64,000 nt of DNA from a virus. The translations under genes and the position numbers were made by a program. The DNA lies in IMG/VR virus record IMGVR_UViG_3300044729_003839, positions 32,001 through 96,000 of that record; one strand, given 5' to 3'. A model generated the notes under the pieces. The model searched no databases, was not told the origin of the DNA, and worked only from the letters and a program-made list of their open reading frames with translations. Positions 8,848 to 19,141 of the stretch are shown in pieces (the first letter of the stretch is position 1; every line of letters begins with the position of its first letter).

Positions 8848-9202
8848 CACGCCCGAAGAAAAACAAATACTCGCCCAGTCCTTGAACAAGACTGGCGACA
8901 AGGAAGGTGTGCTTGAATCGTTGAGGTATATTGCCGATAATCGCACACCTTTCGCGCTTTACGTTGCCACTAAAGACCGCTCGAATGTGATGTGGGTTTT
9001 TGACCCCGACAGCGTGTACGAAATGCTGGGGGGTGAGGATATTCATGACAAAACGTTCAGAACGCTGTTCCCTGAGCAACAAGAAAGGCAAGAAGGAATA
9101 TTGTTTTACGTATTTACCAAAACACAACCCGTCGTAGTCATTAGACTCGGGCTGGAAACAATATGCTGGCTAATAGACACTTTAGAGGCGGATATGCCGT
9201 AG
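8837..9202 (+). CDS. Hypothetical protein (121 aa)
   Basis: Overlaps the previous stop; globular composition. Confidence 0.65.
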   Translation: MSINTPEEKQILAQSLNKTGDKEGVLESLRYIADNRTPFALYVATKDRSNVMWVFDPDSVYEMLGGEDIHDKTFRTLFPEQQERQEGILFYVFTKTQPVVVIRLGLETICWLIDTLEADMP

Positions 9203-10051
9203 CTTGACGTTAACCTTGTTCCTGCTACCCGACTGATTCACCACCCGAACCCTGAGAATGCCGTTTTCCGAATATCCCACCACCAGTGGTAAATAATCGA
9301 CTTGAAAGTTTTGAGCAGTTGTGACCGCATCGGCAATCACACCAGGTCCAGAACCCGCCCCCTCTCTATTATCTCTGGCCCTGGCCGCCCTATCTGTATA
9401 AACAGTAATCCAAGCTGGGACACTCGTCTCGATTGATAAAAGACCAAAATACCTGGCCGAGTTAAGATCGAGTTCGAACGAGTCTTGATCATTTATCGGC
9501 CCTGTACTTTGCTCGAGAATTACAACTCTGTCCTGATCCGGCTCGGGTGCCGCTCCCTGCTCAAGTTGCGAAATCTGGTTTGTTAGGATTTCAACACTTT
9601 GCTCGACACTTGAGATTCTCAAGCCCAAAGATGTGTTGACTATTTCAACTTCTCCCGAAACACCAACACTCAGCCTTTCAAACTCACTTTCCAGCGTCTC
9701 AAAGGCGGATTCCAGATTCTGAGCAGATTCTGCTACCGACTCGCTCAATGCCGCTTGAGACGAGGCGATTGCCGTTGCGAATATCTTAAGTTCGCGTATT
9801 TTGGCATAAGTCCTATCCGCACTTCTTACATTTAAGATACCCGTCTCGGTCATAGGATCGACACACTCGGCCAGACCCGACCCAAGTCTGATTCCAGACT
9901 TTACCCCTCTACCATCTTCAACAAACAAACTCCCTGTCTCAGGGAAACCGTCCTGCGCTAGTACCTCGCCCGTACTAGAAAGTTCCTGCCTCGCGATATT
10001 AAGCAAGCCCCCGGCATAATCCTCAATGAACCTGGTGCGTAAATCCGCCAC
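9182..10051 (-). CDS. Putative virion fibre protein with coiled coil
   Basis: Central heptad-rich region; C-terminal PAWITVYTDRAARARD...GVIADAVTT domain shared with 18473..19099. Confidence 0.65.
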   Translation of the reverse strand: MADLRTRFIEDYAGGLLNIARQELSSTGEVLAQDGFPETGSLFVEDGRGVKSGIRLGSGLAECVDPMTETGILNVRSADRTYAKIRELKIFATAIASSQAALSESVAESAQNLESAFETLESEFERLSVGVSGEVEIVNTSLGLRISSVEQSVEILTNQISQLEQGAAPEPDQDRVVILEQSTGPINDQDSFELDLNSARYFGLLSIETSVPAWITVYTDRAARARDNREGAGSGPGVIADAVTTAQNFQVDYLPLVVGYSENGILRVRVVNQSGSRNKVNVKLRHIRL

Positions 10052-10821
10052 TATTTGAATTCCGATATCTCTATTCGGCTTTCAACGAATCGAGCGTACA
10101 GTTGGGGTGGTACTATTTCGGCGGGAGGATTATTACTCCACTTAACTACCCAGTTATTAGTGACGAGCATTCTTATTTTGCTGGCAATACGCCTATTCGA
10201 CCAGTCGATCATATTTCCGCGCAAATCGAGCAGTGTGTTATGTGGCGAACGAAACGCCCCCGCACCCCTGCTATTCGAACTCGCTGTTATTACCGGAGTA
10301 AAATCTCTTAACAACTGTTCCATCGCACTCGATGTCATATTGCAATCTTTAGCATTTAAAGTTTGAATGTTTTTGTTCACCCCTAGAGACACATTCTCCA
10401 GCGCTTGGCATTGCGAAACATCTAAAGTTTCAAGATTAAAGCATTCGTGCAAATGCAACACTTTTAAGCCTTTATTGCCCCTGAGATCCAAGATCTCAAG
10501 TGATGGGCGGGGGGTATTAATATTAACATACACCAGGTCATTCTGGCTTAAAACCAGTTCTTGAATCTCTGGATCTACAATTTTCCCGCTATTGCTATCA
10601 ATCCAATGATCATCCCATGTCAACAAAGACTGGTTTGTGATTTTTAACCTTTCAATGCCCGACGATTTCGAATCAATACCTATCTCAATTGAATCCTTAA
10701 GCTGACGCTTAATCTCTGCGTTTACAATTTCTTGTCCTCTGACATAATTAAACTCTTTGCCTTTACCGAATTCGAGAAGTTTGGCATTTCCGTCGCCAAG
10801 TTTACAATACCCTAAGATCAT
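10051..10821 (-). CDS. Leucine-rich repeat protein
   Basis: LEILDLRGNKGLKVLHLHECFNLETLDVSQCQALENVSL is an LRR pattern. Confidence 0.7.
   Translation of the reverse strand: MILGYCKLGDGNAKLLEFGKGKEFNYVRGQEIVNAEIKRQLKDSIEIGIDSKSSGIERLKITNQSLLTWDDHWIDSNSGKIVDPEIQELVLSQNDLVYVNINTPRPSLEILDLRGNKGLKVLHLHECFNLETLDVSQCQALENVSLGVNKNIQTLNAKDCNMTSSAMEQLLRDFTPVITASSNSRGAGAFRSPHNTLLDLRGNMIDWSNRRIASKIRMLVTNNWVVKWSNNPPAEIVPPQLYARFVESRIEISEFK
10078..10086 (-). promoter_or_regulatory. Putative late promoter box GTTGAAAGC
   Basis: GTTGAAAGC-CGAAT-A inside the 3' end of the upstream gene (FVES), before GTG 10051. Confidence 0.7.
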
Positions 10822-13800
10822 GGTGCCAATCTCCCGCCAAACAATGATCTCGGGCAGAACTCAAAGAAATATTTACCCCGATACGGGGGACTAAACCTTT
10901 TACACTTAAGCATAGAGATGCAGGCGCTGTATTCAAACGGATCTTTGATAGACGAGCAAAGCATCTCGTTGTCTTTGAAAACAGGGGACCGGGAAAGCTC
11001 CGTAATACCTTGTAAAGAGTAGTAGTAATTTGTATCACTTTTTACTATGTTGTCTGGGACAATTTCAACAGTTAACCCACGGCCCAACGGTCTGTCTATC
11101 AAAATACCGGGAATGGGCGATTCGGTACCGTATCCGGTTTCAGGATAAAAAGATTTGTTATAGCCGCTTCCTTCACACTTGTCAACACCAAGCTGGTCGC
11201 AATCCGCACCTCCGAACCTTTTACAAGACTCTACAGGGTCAAATTTACTTCTTGCTCGTAAAATCGTATTACCTTTTTCATAGACTTGCACTTGTAAAGA
11301 TTTATCTTTGCCAGGAAGACTCGTATCCTGTTCAAAGGCTTGACCGGGATTCAAATCCTGCTCGAAAATAACTCCTTGTGAAAGGATGTTTGACAACGAA
11401 AGCCTTATATACGAGCCGGAATCTACACCTAATGCTGGTTGTTGCGATCCTGCACCCGGACTGCTAACCACCAGTACCGACGCCTCTTCAGGAGTCAAAG
11501 AGTTATCTATTCTGACACCGTTAGGGAGGCGAGAGTTTCCTGTACCAGGTGGCTCGGCAAGAGCGAATTGAGACCCATCCCCACCTGACACAACATCAAC
11601 AACCGCCTCGAACACCTTGCCTTGTACTTGTACCAGCGGATCAGAGAAGTCTGCTTGAAAATTTTCTCTATTTTCTAGGACTAAAGATCCCAGTTCGAGA
11701 TTATCAGAAAGAGTCTCCAGGTTCGACACCAGTTCAAGCAGTTTTTCATACCTTTCTGCCGGTTCGTTCATTAACTGGTAAGAATTCCGATAATCGGACA
11801 ACGAGTACAAAAGTCCGAAGATGTTGCAGTACCTGAGAATGGATGTGAGCCGACCCCCTCTCACCCCGTCAAGCATAACCCCTAGGGGCGAGGTCGCACT
11901 AGGATTATTAAGAATGTCGTACAACTCTGTTGGCGTAATTCCCTCTCTCTCCTTGTACATACCTCTAACGCTTGGGCCGGAATTACCCGCCGATTGCTCA
12001 ATAAGAGAGTTCCATGTCGGTTTCTGATTCTCATATCCAGAGTTATCGCTTACAACCATCTGCGCCACCATTCCAGACAGCAAAGAAACCTTTTCTTTTG
12101 GAAGGATTACATTGCTCTGGCCTTGTTCTATAAGTTTTGATACAGATTCGAGAAGGCTAAGCTGATTGTCTTTAAGAAACTCGTTGAATATCTGGAGCTG
12201 TTCAGGGTCTACAGCATAAGTCAAACTTATCAAATACCCTATAAGTTTGGGATATTTACTTCCAGCGATTACCGATCTTTGCGTGCGGTTTACATCTAAA
12301 AATCCCAACAACCGGATTAAAGATTGCTGCTCATCTTTGCCGTACAAAAAGTTAATATACTCGTCAATGGCATTTTGCCCGCCAAATTCATACACTAACT
12401 TAGTAAGGTCGAATGCCCGGAAAAATGAAATAACATCGTTCGAATCGGTCAACGGTGCTAGAGAATTTAACAGCTCGGAGAAGTTGTTCGCCGACATTAT
12501 TTTATCGATTTCCACTTCTGTAAAACCCAGCGATTTGATCCTATCTCTTATCAAAGATTTTCTCGGCTCGTGGTAATTTAATTCGAGCGAGGGAACATAT
12601 CCCCCCGGTTTGAATCCGGTCGTTTTAAAGCTATCGATCAAAGAATCGACTTCTTGCTTTATACGTTTAAACGCGTCGGTAACAGGGTAGTCGGGGATGT
12701 TTCCCGGGCCGAGTAAAGTTGAAAGGCTGATGTGTCCGGACAGCAGGGTATATATTCCCCCAGTAATCCCCCTATCCGACTTGTACAAAGCGGGGGAAGA
12801 TGGAAATACCCTGGACAATATATCCATTTGCAAAGAACTTTTATCGTAGATCGAATTGCCGACCTTAAGACAAGATATGTAAATAGATTCGAGGGTAAGT
12901 TTTACAAAATCGACTTCATTTTCGTTTATAACCCCGGCAACATATCGATCTTTGACTCCATCTTTGAACTTGTCTACCAAAGGATTTGTACTGTTACCAT
13001 CTTTGAACCTGAACATCGGCTCTAAGAACTTAAGCCCCGGTATCTCGTTATTTTGCAAAGTTCGCTGTTCGAAGACTTTTTCAAAGTCCCCAAATTCCTC
13101 GTTCAGAAATTCCGTCTTTCTCCCATACGAGACAGCCATCACGTATCCGTAGTACCGGGACTGGTAATCGACAGCCCCGGAAAACGACCCCTGATACCCT
13201 CCAAATTCACTACCAATATTAAACAAGTTAACAACATCTTGATATATTTTCTTGCCACCTCCGAAAAAAGTAGCTGTCAACAAGTCGGTATCAATGTCGC
13301 CGGGTAGCTCGTAATCTAAAACGTCTGAATCGGAAGTAATATTATTAATCTCAAATACCGCACGGGTTATCGCATCCGTCTTATCTTTTAATCTGGAGCT
13401 GAAAACGGTGGAAAACTTATCTTTAAGGCGGGAATTCTCAAAGCTTTCGCGAACGGGGAAAAACTTTTTATTCCTCGGCCTTGTTATCAGGCCGGAAACT
13501 CGATATTGCTCTAGTCCATTCAAATACTCTACTATTCCCGTCCTAAAAAGCGATTTATAGTCTTCAACCGCCTCTAGTACAAGTTTTTCATAAGTCCTGT
13601 ATTCCCTGACAAGGCTTGTCTCTTTAACTATTTCATCAAAAACATAACTTATTATGGAGGAAATTTTATCCCTATCAAAGTCTAACGCGTACAACGACCT
13701 TACAATCTCACCTTTTAAAAGTTTCGCGTTGGGGATTTTCCCAGAGTCAATTAAATCGCTTACGTCAAGAACAATTTCTACGCAAATATCAAAGAACTTA

Positions 13801-13889
13801 TCTCTATTAATGTTCGGGCTGAAGTAGCCGTACCGGTCAAAGGCACGGGAAACAATAGCATCAACCTTCTCTCTGACTGTAATCGTCAA
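10818..13889 (-). CDS. Large hypothetical protein (1023 aa), Cys-rich C-terminus
   Basis: Long ORF behind a late box; no family recognised. Confidence 0.75.
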   Translation of the reverse strand: MTITVREKVDAIVSRAFDRYGYFSPNINRDKFFDICVEIVLDVSDLIDSGKIPNAKLLKGEIVRSLYALDFDRDKISSIISYVFDEIVKETSLVREYRTYEKLVLEAVEDYKSLFRTGIVEYLNGLEQYRVSGLITRPRNKKFFPVRESFENSRLKDKFSTVFSSRLKDKTDAITRAVFEINNITSDSDVLDYELPGDIDTDLLTATFFGGGKKIYQDVVNLFNIGSEFGGYQGSFSGAVDYQSRYYGYVMAVSYGRKTEFLNEEFGDFEKVFEQRTLQNNEIPGLKFLEPMFRFKDGNSTNPLVDKFKDGVKDRYVAGVINENEVDFVKLTLESIYISCLKVGNSIYDKSSLQMDILSRVFPSSPALYKSDRGITGGIYTLLSGHISLSTLLGPGNIPDYPVTDAFKRIKQEVDSLIDSFKTTGFKPGGYVPSLELNYHEPRKSLIRDRIKSLGFTEVEIDKIMSANNFSELLNSLAPLTDSNDVISFFRAFDLTKLVYEFGGQNAIDEYINFLYGKDEQQSLIRLLGFLDVNRTQRSVIAGSKYPKLIGYLISLTYAVDPEQLQIFNEFLKDNQLSLLESVSKLIEQGQSNVILPKEKVSLLSGMVAQMVVSDNSGYENQKPTWNSLIEQSAGNSGPSVRGMYKEREGITPTELYDILNNPSATSPLGVMLDGVRGGRLTSILRYCNIFGLLYSLSDYRNSYQLMNEPAERYEKLLELVSNLETLSDNLELGSLVLENRENFQADFSDPLVQVQGKVFEAVVDVVSGGDGSQFALAEPPGTGNSRLPNGVRIDNSLTPEEASVLVVSSPGAGSQQPALGVDSGSYIRLSLSNILSQGVIFEQDLNPGQAFEQDTSLPGKDKSLQVQVYEKGNTILRARSKFDPVESCKRFGGADCDQLGVDKCEGSGYNKSFYPETGYGTESPIPGILIDRPLGRGLTVEIVPDNIVKSDTNYYYSLQGITELSRSPVFKDNEMLCSSIKDPFEYSACISMLKCKRFSPPYRGKYFFEFCPRSLFGGRLAP

Positions 13890-13910
13890 GACTCTACGCT
13901 CTTCTCCCGA

Positions 13911-13936
13911 GCTTTCAACGAAAAACCGTTGAAAGT
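13911..13936. promoter_or_regulatory. Divergent pair of putative late promoter boxes
   Basis: GCTTTCAAC-gaaaaacc-GTTGAAAGT; faces TTG 13889 (-) and ATG 13961 (+). Confidence 0.78.
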
Positions 13937-13960
13937 CCTTAGTGAGATTATATTAATCCT

Positions 13961-14458
13961 ATGACATACAAAGTCTCCTTGCTGTTTACGGAAAAAACTC
14001 GCCTAGAGCCCAGCCTTGGTAAAATGATTCAACACCTCGAAGGTGTTTTGAAAGAGATTGAAGGTGTTGACGTGAAAACTTGCACTTTGACAAGTGGGTT
14101 CAAAGCGCTGCCGCAGGCCGACTACACCATCTTCTGCGGGTACGATCACGTCACCCTGGCCTACCTCCACCTCGCCCTGGACAAAGCCCTCAAGCTAGCG
14201 GTTTACGACGAGCCTGGCAAAGCGTTGCAGACCGAGCTGGGTGCCCTTATGTACCGTGGGGTCGACTCGGGCCGGATCCCCCCGGGCTCCCTGAGCGCGG
14301 TAGAATATTGCTGGTCGTACAAGGACATTGTCGGCATTGTAAAACAAAACCTCCGTGGATCTGGAGATCATCCGAGAACTAATCGCACACGACAAGTGGA
14401 AGACGCTGGAGACCCACCGTCACCAGAAGGAAATGCTGCTCCTGAGCAGGAGTCTTAA
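13961..14458 (+). CDS. Hypothetical protein (165 aa)
   Basis: ATG behind a late box; alpha/beta-like pattern. Confidence 0.65.
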   Translation: MTYKVSLLFTEKTRLEPSLGKMIQHLEGVLKEIEGVDVKTCTLTSGFKALPQADYTIFCGYDHVTLAYLHLALDKALKLAVYDEPGKALQTELGALMYRGVDSGRIPPGSLSAVEYCWSYKDIVGIVKQNLRGSGDHPRTNRTRQVEDAGDPPSPEGNAAPEQES

Positions 14459-15119
14459 GCAGGAGGAGTCCGGGGTCTCCGACTTCAATTCAGAAACCTC
14501 GCACGGACAATGCCAACCCAAGGAACAAGGACTTATCGCCTTAAGCAGCGTCCGCAAAGGCGCCAAAGAATACACTTCAACCTTACCCGGGATTGAAATC
14601 CCGGACTTGTACTCCGACCTTATATCAATATCCTGGTGTGGTAAACGGCTTGAGCGTTGGCCGGAAGCCAAAGATGCCAAAGTATCTTTGACCGCTGTTA
14701 ACAGGATATTTGCAGATTTGATCGACGAGCACGGCCCGGGCAAAGTCCTTGACGCGATTTCTCTGATCCCCGACTTCGATTCCCGAATCGTACAAGATAA
14801 AATAAACTCCTTGACGGTTACAGAATCCAAACGGATTATCCACTCACCCTTGTTTACAGAATTTGCAAAACACTACCCGTATATCGAACTCGACCTTCTC
14901 GAAGAAGCTTATGGCAACTGCAACGAAAACTTTGTTGAGGCTGGTGTAAAGCTTTTGAGGAAGAATTTTCCTGATAACCCCCCCAGCGAGTTTTCCAGTC
15001 ACGCTAATTGGAAACAAAGCTGCCACCAACACTTACCGGAGTACCTGAAACAATGGCAAAAAGATCTAAGAAGCATTCAGACGAGAATGAGAGTCGCGCA
15101 AAAGGCGTGGACGGCATAA
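14355..15119 (+). CDS. Hypothetical protein (254 aa)
   Basis: Long ORF; GTG start overlaps the upstream gene by about 100 nt, so the start is uncertain. Confidence 0.65.
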   Translation: MDLEIIRELIAHDKWKTLETHRHQKEMLLLSRSLKQEESGVSDFNSETSHGQCQPKEQGLIALSSVRKGAKEYTSTLPGIEIPDLYSDLISISWCGKRLERWPEAKDAKVSLTAVNRIFADLIDEHGPGKVLDAISLIPDFDSRIVQDKINSLTVTESKRIIHSPLFTEFAKHYPYIELDLLEEAYGNCNENFVEAGVKLLRKNFPDNPPSEFSSHANWKQSCHQHLPEYLKQWQKDLRSIQTRMRVAQKAWTA

Positions 15120-15271
15120 ACATCTTGACCGACGGGAGTTCTGGCGTATATCTAGACGGCGCGGAAGAGGTGATTGACATGTACGAGCGAGGAGGCATGG
15201 ACCGAGAAGCGTTGTACGATGCGATTATGAATCTGGATGTTGTGTTTAAATCCAAAGACCCTAGGGGTTGA
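15053..15271 (+). CDS. Hypothetical protein (72 aa)
   Basis: In-frame ATG at 15053 (MAKRSKK...) within track ORF 15008..15271. Confidence 0.5.
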   Translation: MAKRSKKHSDENESRAKGVDGINILTDGSSGVYLDGAEEVIDMYERGGMDREALYDAIMNLDVVFKSKDPRG

Positions 15272-15277
15272 AAATTC

Positions 15278-15286
15278 GTTGAAGGC
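15278..15286 (+). promoter_or_regulatory. Putative late promoter box GTTGAAGGC (portal)
   Basis: GTTGAAGGC-TAGAA-A before ATG 15311; a partial copy GTTGAAAAT lies at 15267. Confidence 0.7.
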
Positions 15287-15310
15287 TAGAAAGAAGAATA
15301 AATCTTTGTA

Positions 15311-17278
15311 ATGGCAGATCAGCCTACCGACAAAAAGCGTATAGTAAAAACTGGCTATAACGACCGCCTCTACAACCTGAGCCTGAGTCAGGGAAATGTG
15401 GGAGGTTATTTATCAGATCCTTACACGTGGGGAGGTCTTCCGTCCGTCTTAGCCGGAACTATCCTTCCAAGGCGGGACGACATTCTTATCGAGGAGGGTG
15501 GAGGCGGCCCACGCGCCATCGAGTCTTATACCCGGCTGTTTAATGACAGTGCGGTTATAAGTGCGTGGGAGAAGCTTGTTGGCGAGATTATACAACGCAA
15601 GTGGGAAGTGTTTCCGGCTTCCGACTCTGACAAGGACGAGGAAATCGCGGAATTCGTACGTCAAACTATCTACCACCTCGGGACGAATACCCGGCAGACC
15701 AGGGGGCGCGACATGCTCGCTACTTCTAACTCCGGCTTTGACTCTTTCGTACGAGGAATGTGCGAATCGTTAATACTCGGTATAAGTATTGGCGAGATTT
15801 GCTGGATGCGTCAAGGGGGCTACGTTGTCCCCGCCGAAATCAAGATACGAGATCCGCGCCGGTTCCAGTTCGTCCTGAATGAAGACGGGTCTATCAGTCC
15901 TAGAGTAATCACTATACAATCCCCTGTAGAAGGCCTTCCGATCCCTATGCGCAGCATGGTCATTCACAGGCACTGGGCGTATAGTAATAACATGGACCCT
16001 TATGGTACAGGACTAGGGCGTCAGTTGTATTCGTTAGTAGAATTCCGGCGTACTTTGATGAGTTTCTGGCTTCAATACGCAGATAAGCATACAACCCCAA
16101 CAGCAGTAGGCAAATTCAGCCTCGGAACCCCGGAGGAAGAGGTTAAATCGTTGTTCACCGCGTTACAACGGCTTGGCCAAGAGACCGCCATTGTAATACC
16201 AGACGAAATGGATGTCGATTGGCTAAGCGGGGGAGAAGGAAGACCAGAAATGTACGAGAATATTATAAGTTATATTGATAGGCAGATCTCTTTTCTTATT
16301 AACGGTGAGTCGACAGTAGGACAGGACACAGGATCAGTCGGCAGCTACGCTAGGGATAACGTGGCGGACAGTGTTCGAATGCGCAAAGCGAAAGCGTTCA
16401 GCGAGCAGATTGACGAGACGTTAAACGCTACTCTTGTACGTTGGATTGTAGAACTTAACTATCCCGGCTCGTCAGTGCCCCGGCTGCGCCGGAACTTCGA
16501 AGACCTTGAACAGCGCGAAGATCCGGTAAAAGTTGTCCAGATAATGTCACAACTCCAGGCCTTGGGATACCAAATCTCTGACTTGGACTGGGTCAGAGAC
16601 AAGCTTGAAATCCCGTCTCTTGAAAAAGGCGAAGTACCCGGCATGGATGGAATGATGCCGGGAATGTCGGAATCTCAACCAGGAGCCTTTCCTAAGGGCA
16701 TTGTTCACCAGAAAAAGGACGAGCCGGAACCTCTGGTTATGGGCGAAAAGACACTCGGCCAACTCGTTTCGCGCAACAACTACGTGTCTGCCGATAACCT
16801 TGACTTTTCCGAGTTTGATGAGTCCGGCGATCTTAAGGACAAGACGGTCAGAGATAAGGTATCTAAAAAAATTGCGGAAAGATTTAATCAGGGTGGATTG
16901 GACGAGGTTGGCTGGGAACGCATCAGCACAGGTATTAGTGGTCTGGACTCCGAAACGTCCAAACTTAACATCGACGAGCATACTACACCCGGCGATATCG
17001 TTTTCACAACAAAACGCCTGCTCGAAGAGGTGAGAAATATCCCTGGTGTCGGTTCGAACGAACATTATGGAACGGCTAATCACTATCGGATTGAAATGAC
17101 GACTTACGAGCAGAAAATAATGCGCGAGGAGGAATTTTCGCAAGACGAGATCAACACGCTTATCGGCATTTACAGTAAGTCCTACCGGTTAAATAGGGCA
17201 GTATTGCATCGTGAATGTGTTGTCCTTGATCCTGAAAAGACAGGATACTGGTCTTCATTCGCTCCTTACTTCATGTAA
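15311..17278 (+). CDS. Portal protein, DUF935/Mu gp29-like
   Basis: PYGTGLGRQLY...FWLQYADKHTTPTAVGKF, YIDRQISFLINGE, GSYA, LVRWIVELNYP are DUF935-type portal motifs. Confidence 0.88.
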   Translation: MADQPTDKKRIVKTGYNDRLYNLSLSQGNVGGYLSDPYTWGGLPSVLAGTILPRRDDILIEEGGGGPRAIESYTRLFNDSAVISAWEKLVGEIIQRKWEVFPASDSDKDEEIAEFVRQTIYHLGTNTRQTRGRDMLATSNSGFDSFVRGMCESLILGISIGEICWMRQGGYVVPAEIKIRDPRRFQFVLNEDGSISPRVITIQSPVEGLPIPMRSMVIHRHWAYSNNMDPYGTGLGRQLYSLVEFRRTLMSFWLQYADKHTTPTAVGKFSLGTPEEEVKSLFTALQRLGQETAIVIPDEMDVDWLSGGEGRPEMYENIISYIDRQISFLINGESTVGQDTGSVGSYARDNVADSVRMRKAKAFSEQIDETLNATLVRWIVELNYPGSSVPRLRRNFEDLEQREDPVKVVQIMSQLQALGYQISDLDWVRDKLEIPSLEKGEVPGMDGMMPGMSESQPGAFPKGIVHQKKDEPEPLVMGEKTLGQLVSRNNYVSADNLDFSEFDESGDLKDKTVRDKVSKKIAERFNQGGLDEVGWERISTGISGLDSETSKLNIDEHTTPGDIVFTTKRLLEEVRNIPGVGSNEHYGTANHYRIEMTTYEQKIMREEEFSQDEINTLIGIYSKSYRLNRAVLHRECVVLDPEKTGYWSSFAPYFM

Positions 17279-17280
17279 TA

Positions 17281-17289
17281 GTTGAAAGC
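17281..17289 (+). promoter_or_regulatory. Putative late promoter box GTTGAAAGC (tube)
   Basis: GTTGAAAGC-TGTTT-A immediately after the portal stop. Confidence 0.75.
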
Positions 17290-17324
17290 TGTTTAGGCAA
17301 CAGCCATTCCACTCTTGCATAATA

Positions 17325-17753
17325 ATGCTTAAGATTCGCCCCTCGACTCAGTCTCAATTCTGGGTACAAGCCACTCCCTGGTCTCACTTTTTCACCTCGT
17401 TTTCGGGTATTAGAGATACGGCAGCTACTTCCCAGTACGCTGACGGCATCACCCAGCGCGTTTACCAGCTCAAGGGGGTCAAAACTCTCCAAGAAGCCAC
17501 TATCTCTGTGCCTTTCGACCCCCAAATCCACTACGATATTGTGGATTTTTGGAAGTCTCATGGGTGTGAATTCGTAACCGTTTTCATTACTCCTGTAACT
17601 TGTGGTGAAGATCCCCGCCCCCTTGGGACGCGGAGAATTATCGTGCCCGACGCGCAGTTTACCTCGCTTAATTTCGGACAAGTTGACAGGACTTCCGGTA
17701 CCCCCAGCACGATCGAAATGACGTTCGTGATGGACAGTTTCCAATTCCGTTGA
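17325..17753 (+). CDS. Tail tube protein
   Basis: 142 aa, FTSFSG...YADG...LKG...ATISVPFDP...FGQVDRTSGTPSTIEMTF resembles gp19-like tube proteins. Confidence 0.72.
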   Translation: MLKIRPSTQSQFWVQATPWSHFFTSFSGIRDTAATSQYADGITQRVYQLKGVKTLQEATISVPFDPQIHYDIVDFWKSHGCEFVTVFITPVTCGEDPRPLGTRRIIVPDAQFTSLNFGQVDRTSGTPSTIEMTFVMDSFQFR

Positions 17754-17756
17754 CAC

Positions 17757-18476
17757 TTGGCTAGGCTTTTTGGCCAAGGAAACTGCCTAACTACGGGTCA
17801 GCAAGACGCTGTAGGTGAAATAGAAATCGCCGACACGTCTTGCTACGGAGTTTATATTAACACGTGCGGAGTTGACGCTCGAGAACTGCTATTGCTCTAC
17901 CCTATATACAATCCTTTGGCCGGTTTGTTCCTTACAAAATGGGGAGAAATTAACATCCCATGGGGCGATATTGATCGGGAGTGGGGCGATGTTAAAATTG
18001 AGTCGGATTTTGGGTATTTTCAAGGGGACAGAGTCCTATGGTTCGAGGGGGATGGAGATTATCTTGTTGTATACGAGGCGGTTGATGACATTGACAAAGG
18101 GCTAGGCCCTTTCAACCCCGATCAATGGCTAGAAGTTTGCAGAATCCGAGTAACAGATAGATCTTTGCTATCAGAAATAATTACAAGATATCCTTATTGG
18201 TCGGGATCAATTGAGCAAGGAATTGTGAAAATAGATACTGAATGTGGTGATTATAGCTGTTTGTATATAACTAGCACCGCTATAGTTTCTGAAGTCTCGC
18301 CTCCCAACCCCGAGTTCTGGACAAGAGTATTTTGCTCGGAGAATGGCAAGGATAATACTTGCGGGAAAGTGATAAAATGCGGCCCCAACAGGACTCTGGT
18401 ATCTCTCTCGTCTGAAGATAACGATTTAATATGCGTTCCAGTTGAAAGCTTTGACGGTATAGGGCCTAGGAAATGA
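17757..18476 (+). CDS. Cys-rich hypothetical virion protein
   Basis: Follows the tube gene; YxxGDRV and PPNPEFWT carbohydrate-binding-like motifs; many Cys. Confidence 0.6.
   Translation: MARLFGQGNCLTTGQQDAVGEIEIADTSCYGVYINTCGVDARELLLLYPIYNPLAGLFLTKWGEINIPWGDIDREWGDVKIESDFGYFQGDRVLWFEGDGDYLVVYEAVDDIDKGLGPFNPDQWLEVCRIRVTDRSLLSEIITRYPYWSGSIEQGIVKIDTECGDYSCLYITSTAIVSEVSPPNPEFWTRVFCSENGKDNTCGKVIKCGPNRTLVSLSSEDNDLICVPVESFDGIGPRK
18441..18449 (+). promoter_or_regulatory. Putative late promoter box GTTGAAAGC
   Basis: Within the upstream 3' end (PVES), before ATG 18473; the only copy with C at +6. Confidence 0.6.
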
Positions 18477-19099
18477 GCAACATTTATGGAAAATCTTGCA
18501 CTCCTAATCTGGGCGGGGTAAGCAATTTTTATACAAAAGAAGAGGTAAGATCTCTTTTACGTGGTGAGCGCATAGACTGTACTTCTACTGACACCGGCAA
18601 CGCGAAAAAGCTTTCAGACCTTGAAGATGTAGATGTTACAACAAATCCTCCATCTGATAACCAGCCGCTTGTTTATGATGACTATCTAGAAAAGTGGCTC
18701 CCAGGTGTTCAGCCTCTTAGTCTTGACAGTCTTGAGCACATTACTGCAAATCTTGCCCCTGGCGGCGTGGAAGATGTTGCGCTGATATCGCCACAGATTT
18801 TCAATATACTAACGCTGTACTCAGAAACTCCAGTTTGGATTCGCGTCTACAGCACAAGTAGCGCAAGGGCGGCTGATACGCGAACTAGCCCAGGCGGAAC
18901 ACTGCCAGCAGCCGGGACAGGCTTATACGCAGAAGTTGTAACAACGGAGTCCCCAGGATTTATCAGCTTTTCGCCAATTCCAATGGTGTCTTGCGCGGGA
19001 TCGGTGTTTATCAGAGTTGTTAACATGGACACCATAAGCACAGAGGTAAATTTCGTCTTCGGCATCCTTGCTTACGGGGTCTATGCGGTAGGGGGTTGA
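18473..19099 (+). CDS. Tail-fibre-like protein
   Basis: LSDLEDVDV...PSDNQPLVYD...KW fibre motif plus WIRVYSTSSARAAD domain. Confidence 0.7.
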   Translation: MSNIYGKSCTPNLGGVSNFYTKEEVRSLLRGERIDCTSTDTGNAKKLSDLEDVDVTTNPPSDNQPLVYDDYLEKWLPGVQPLSLDSLEHITANLAPGGVEDVALISPQIFNILTLYSETPVWIRVYSTSSARAADTRTSPGGTLPAAGTGLYAEVVTTESPGFISFSPIPMVSCAGSVFIRVVNMDTISTEVNFVFGILAYGVYAVGG

Positions 19100-19141
19100 C
19101 ACCTAACCCTCGCTTTTTTCACTTTATTCTTTTCTTAAATT

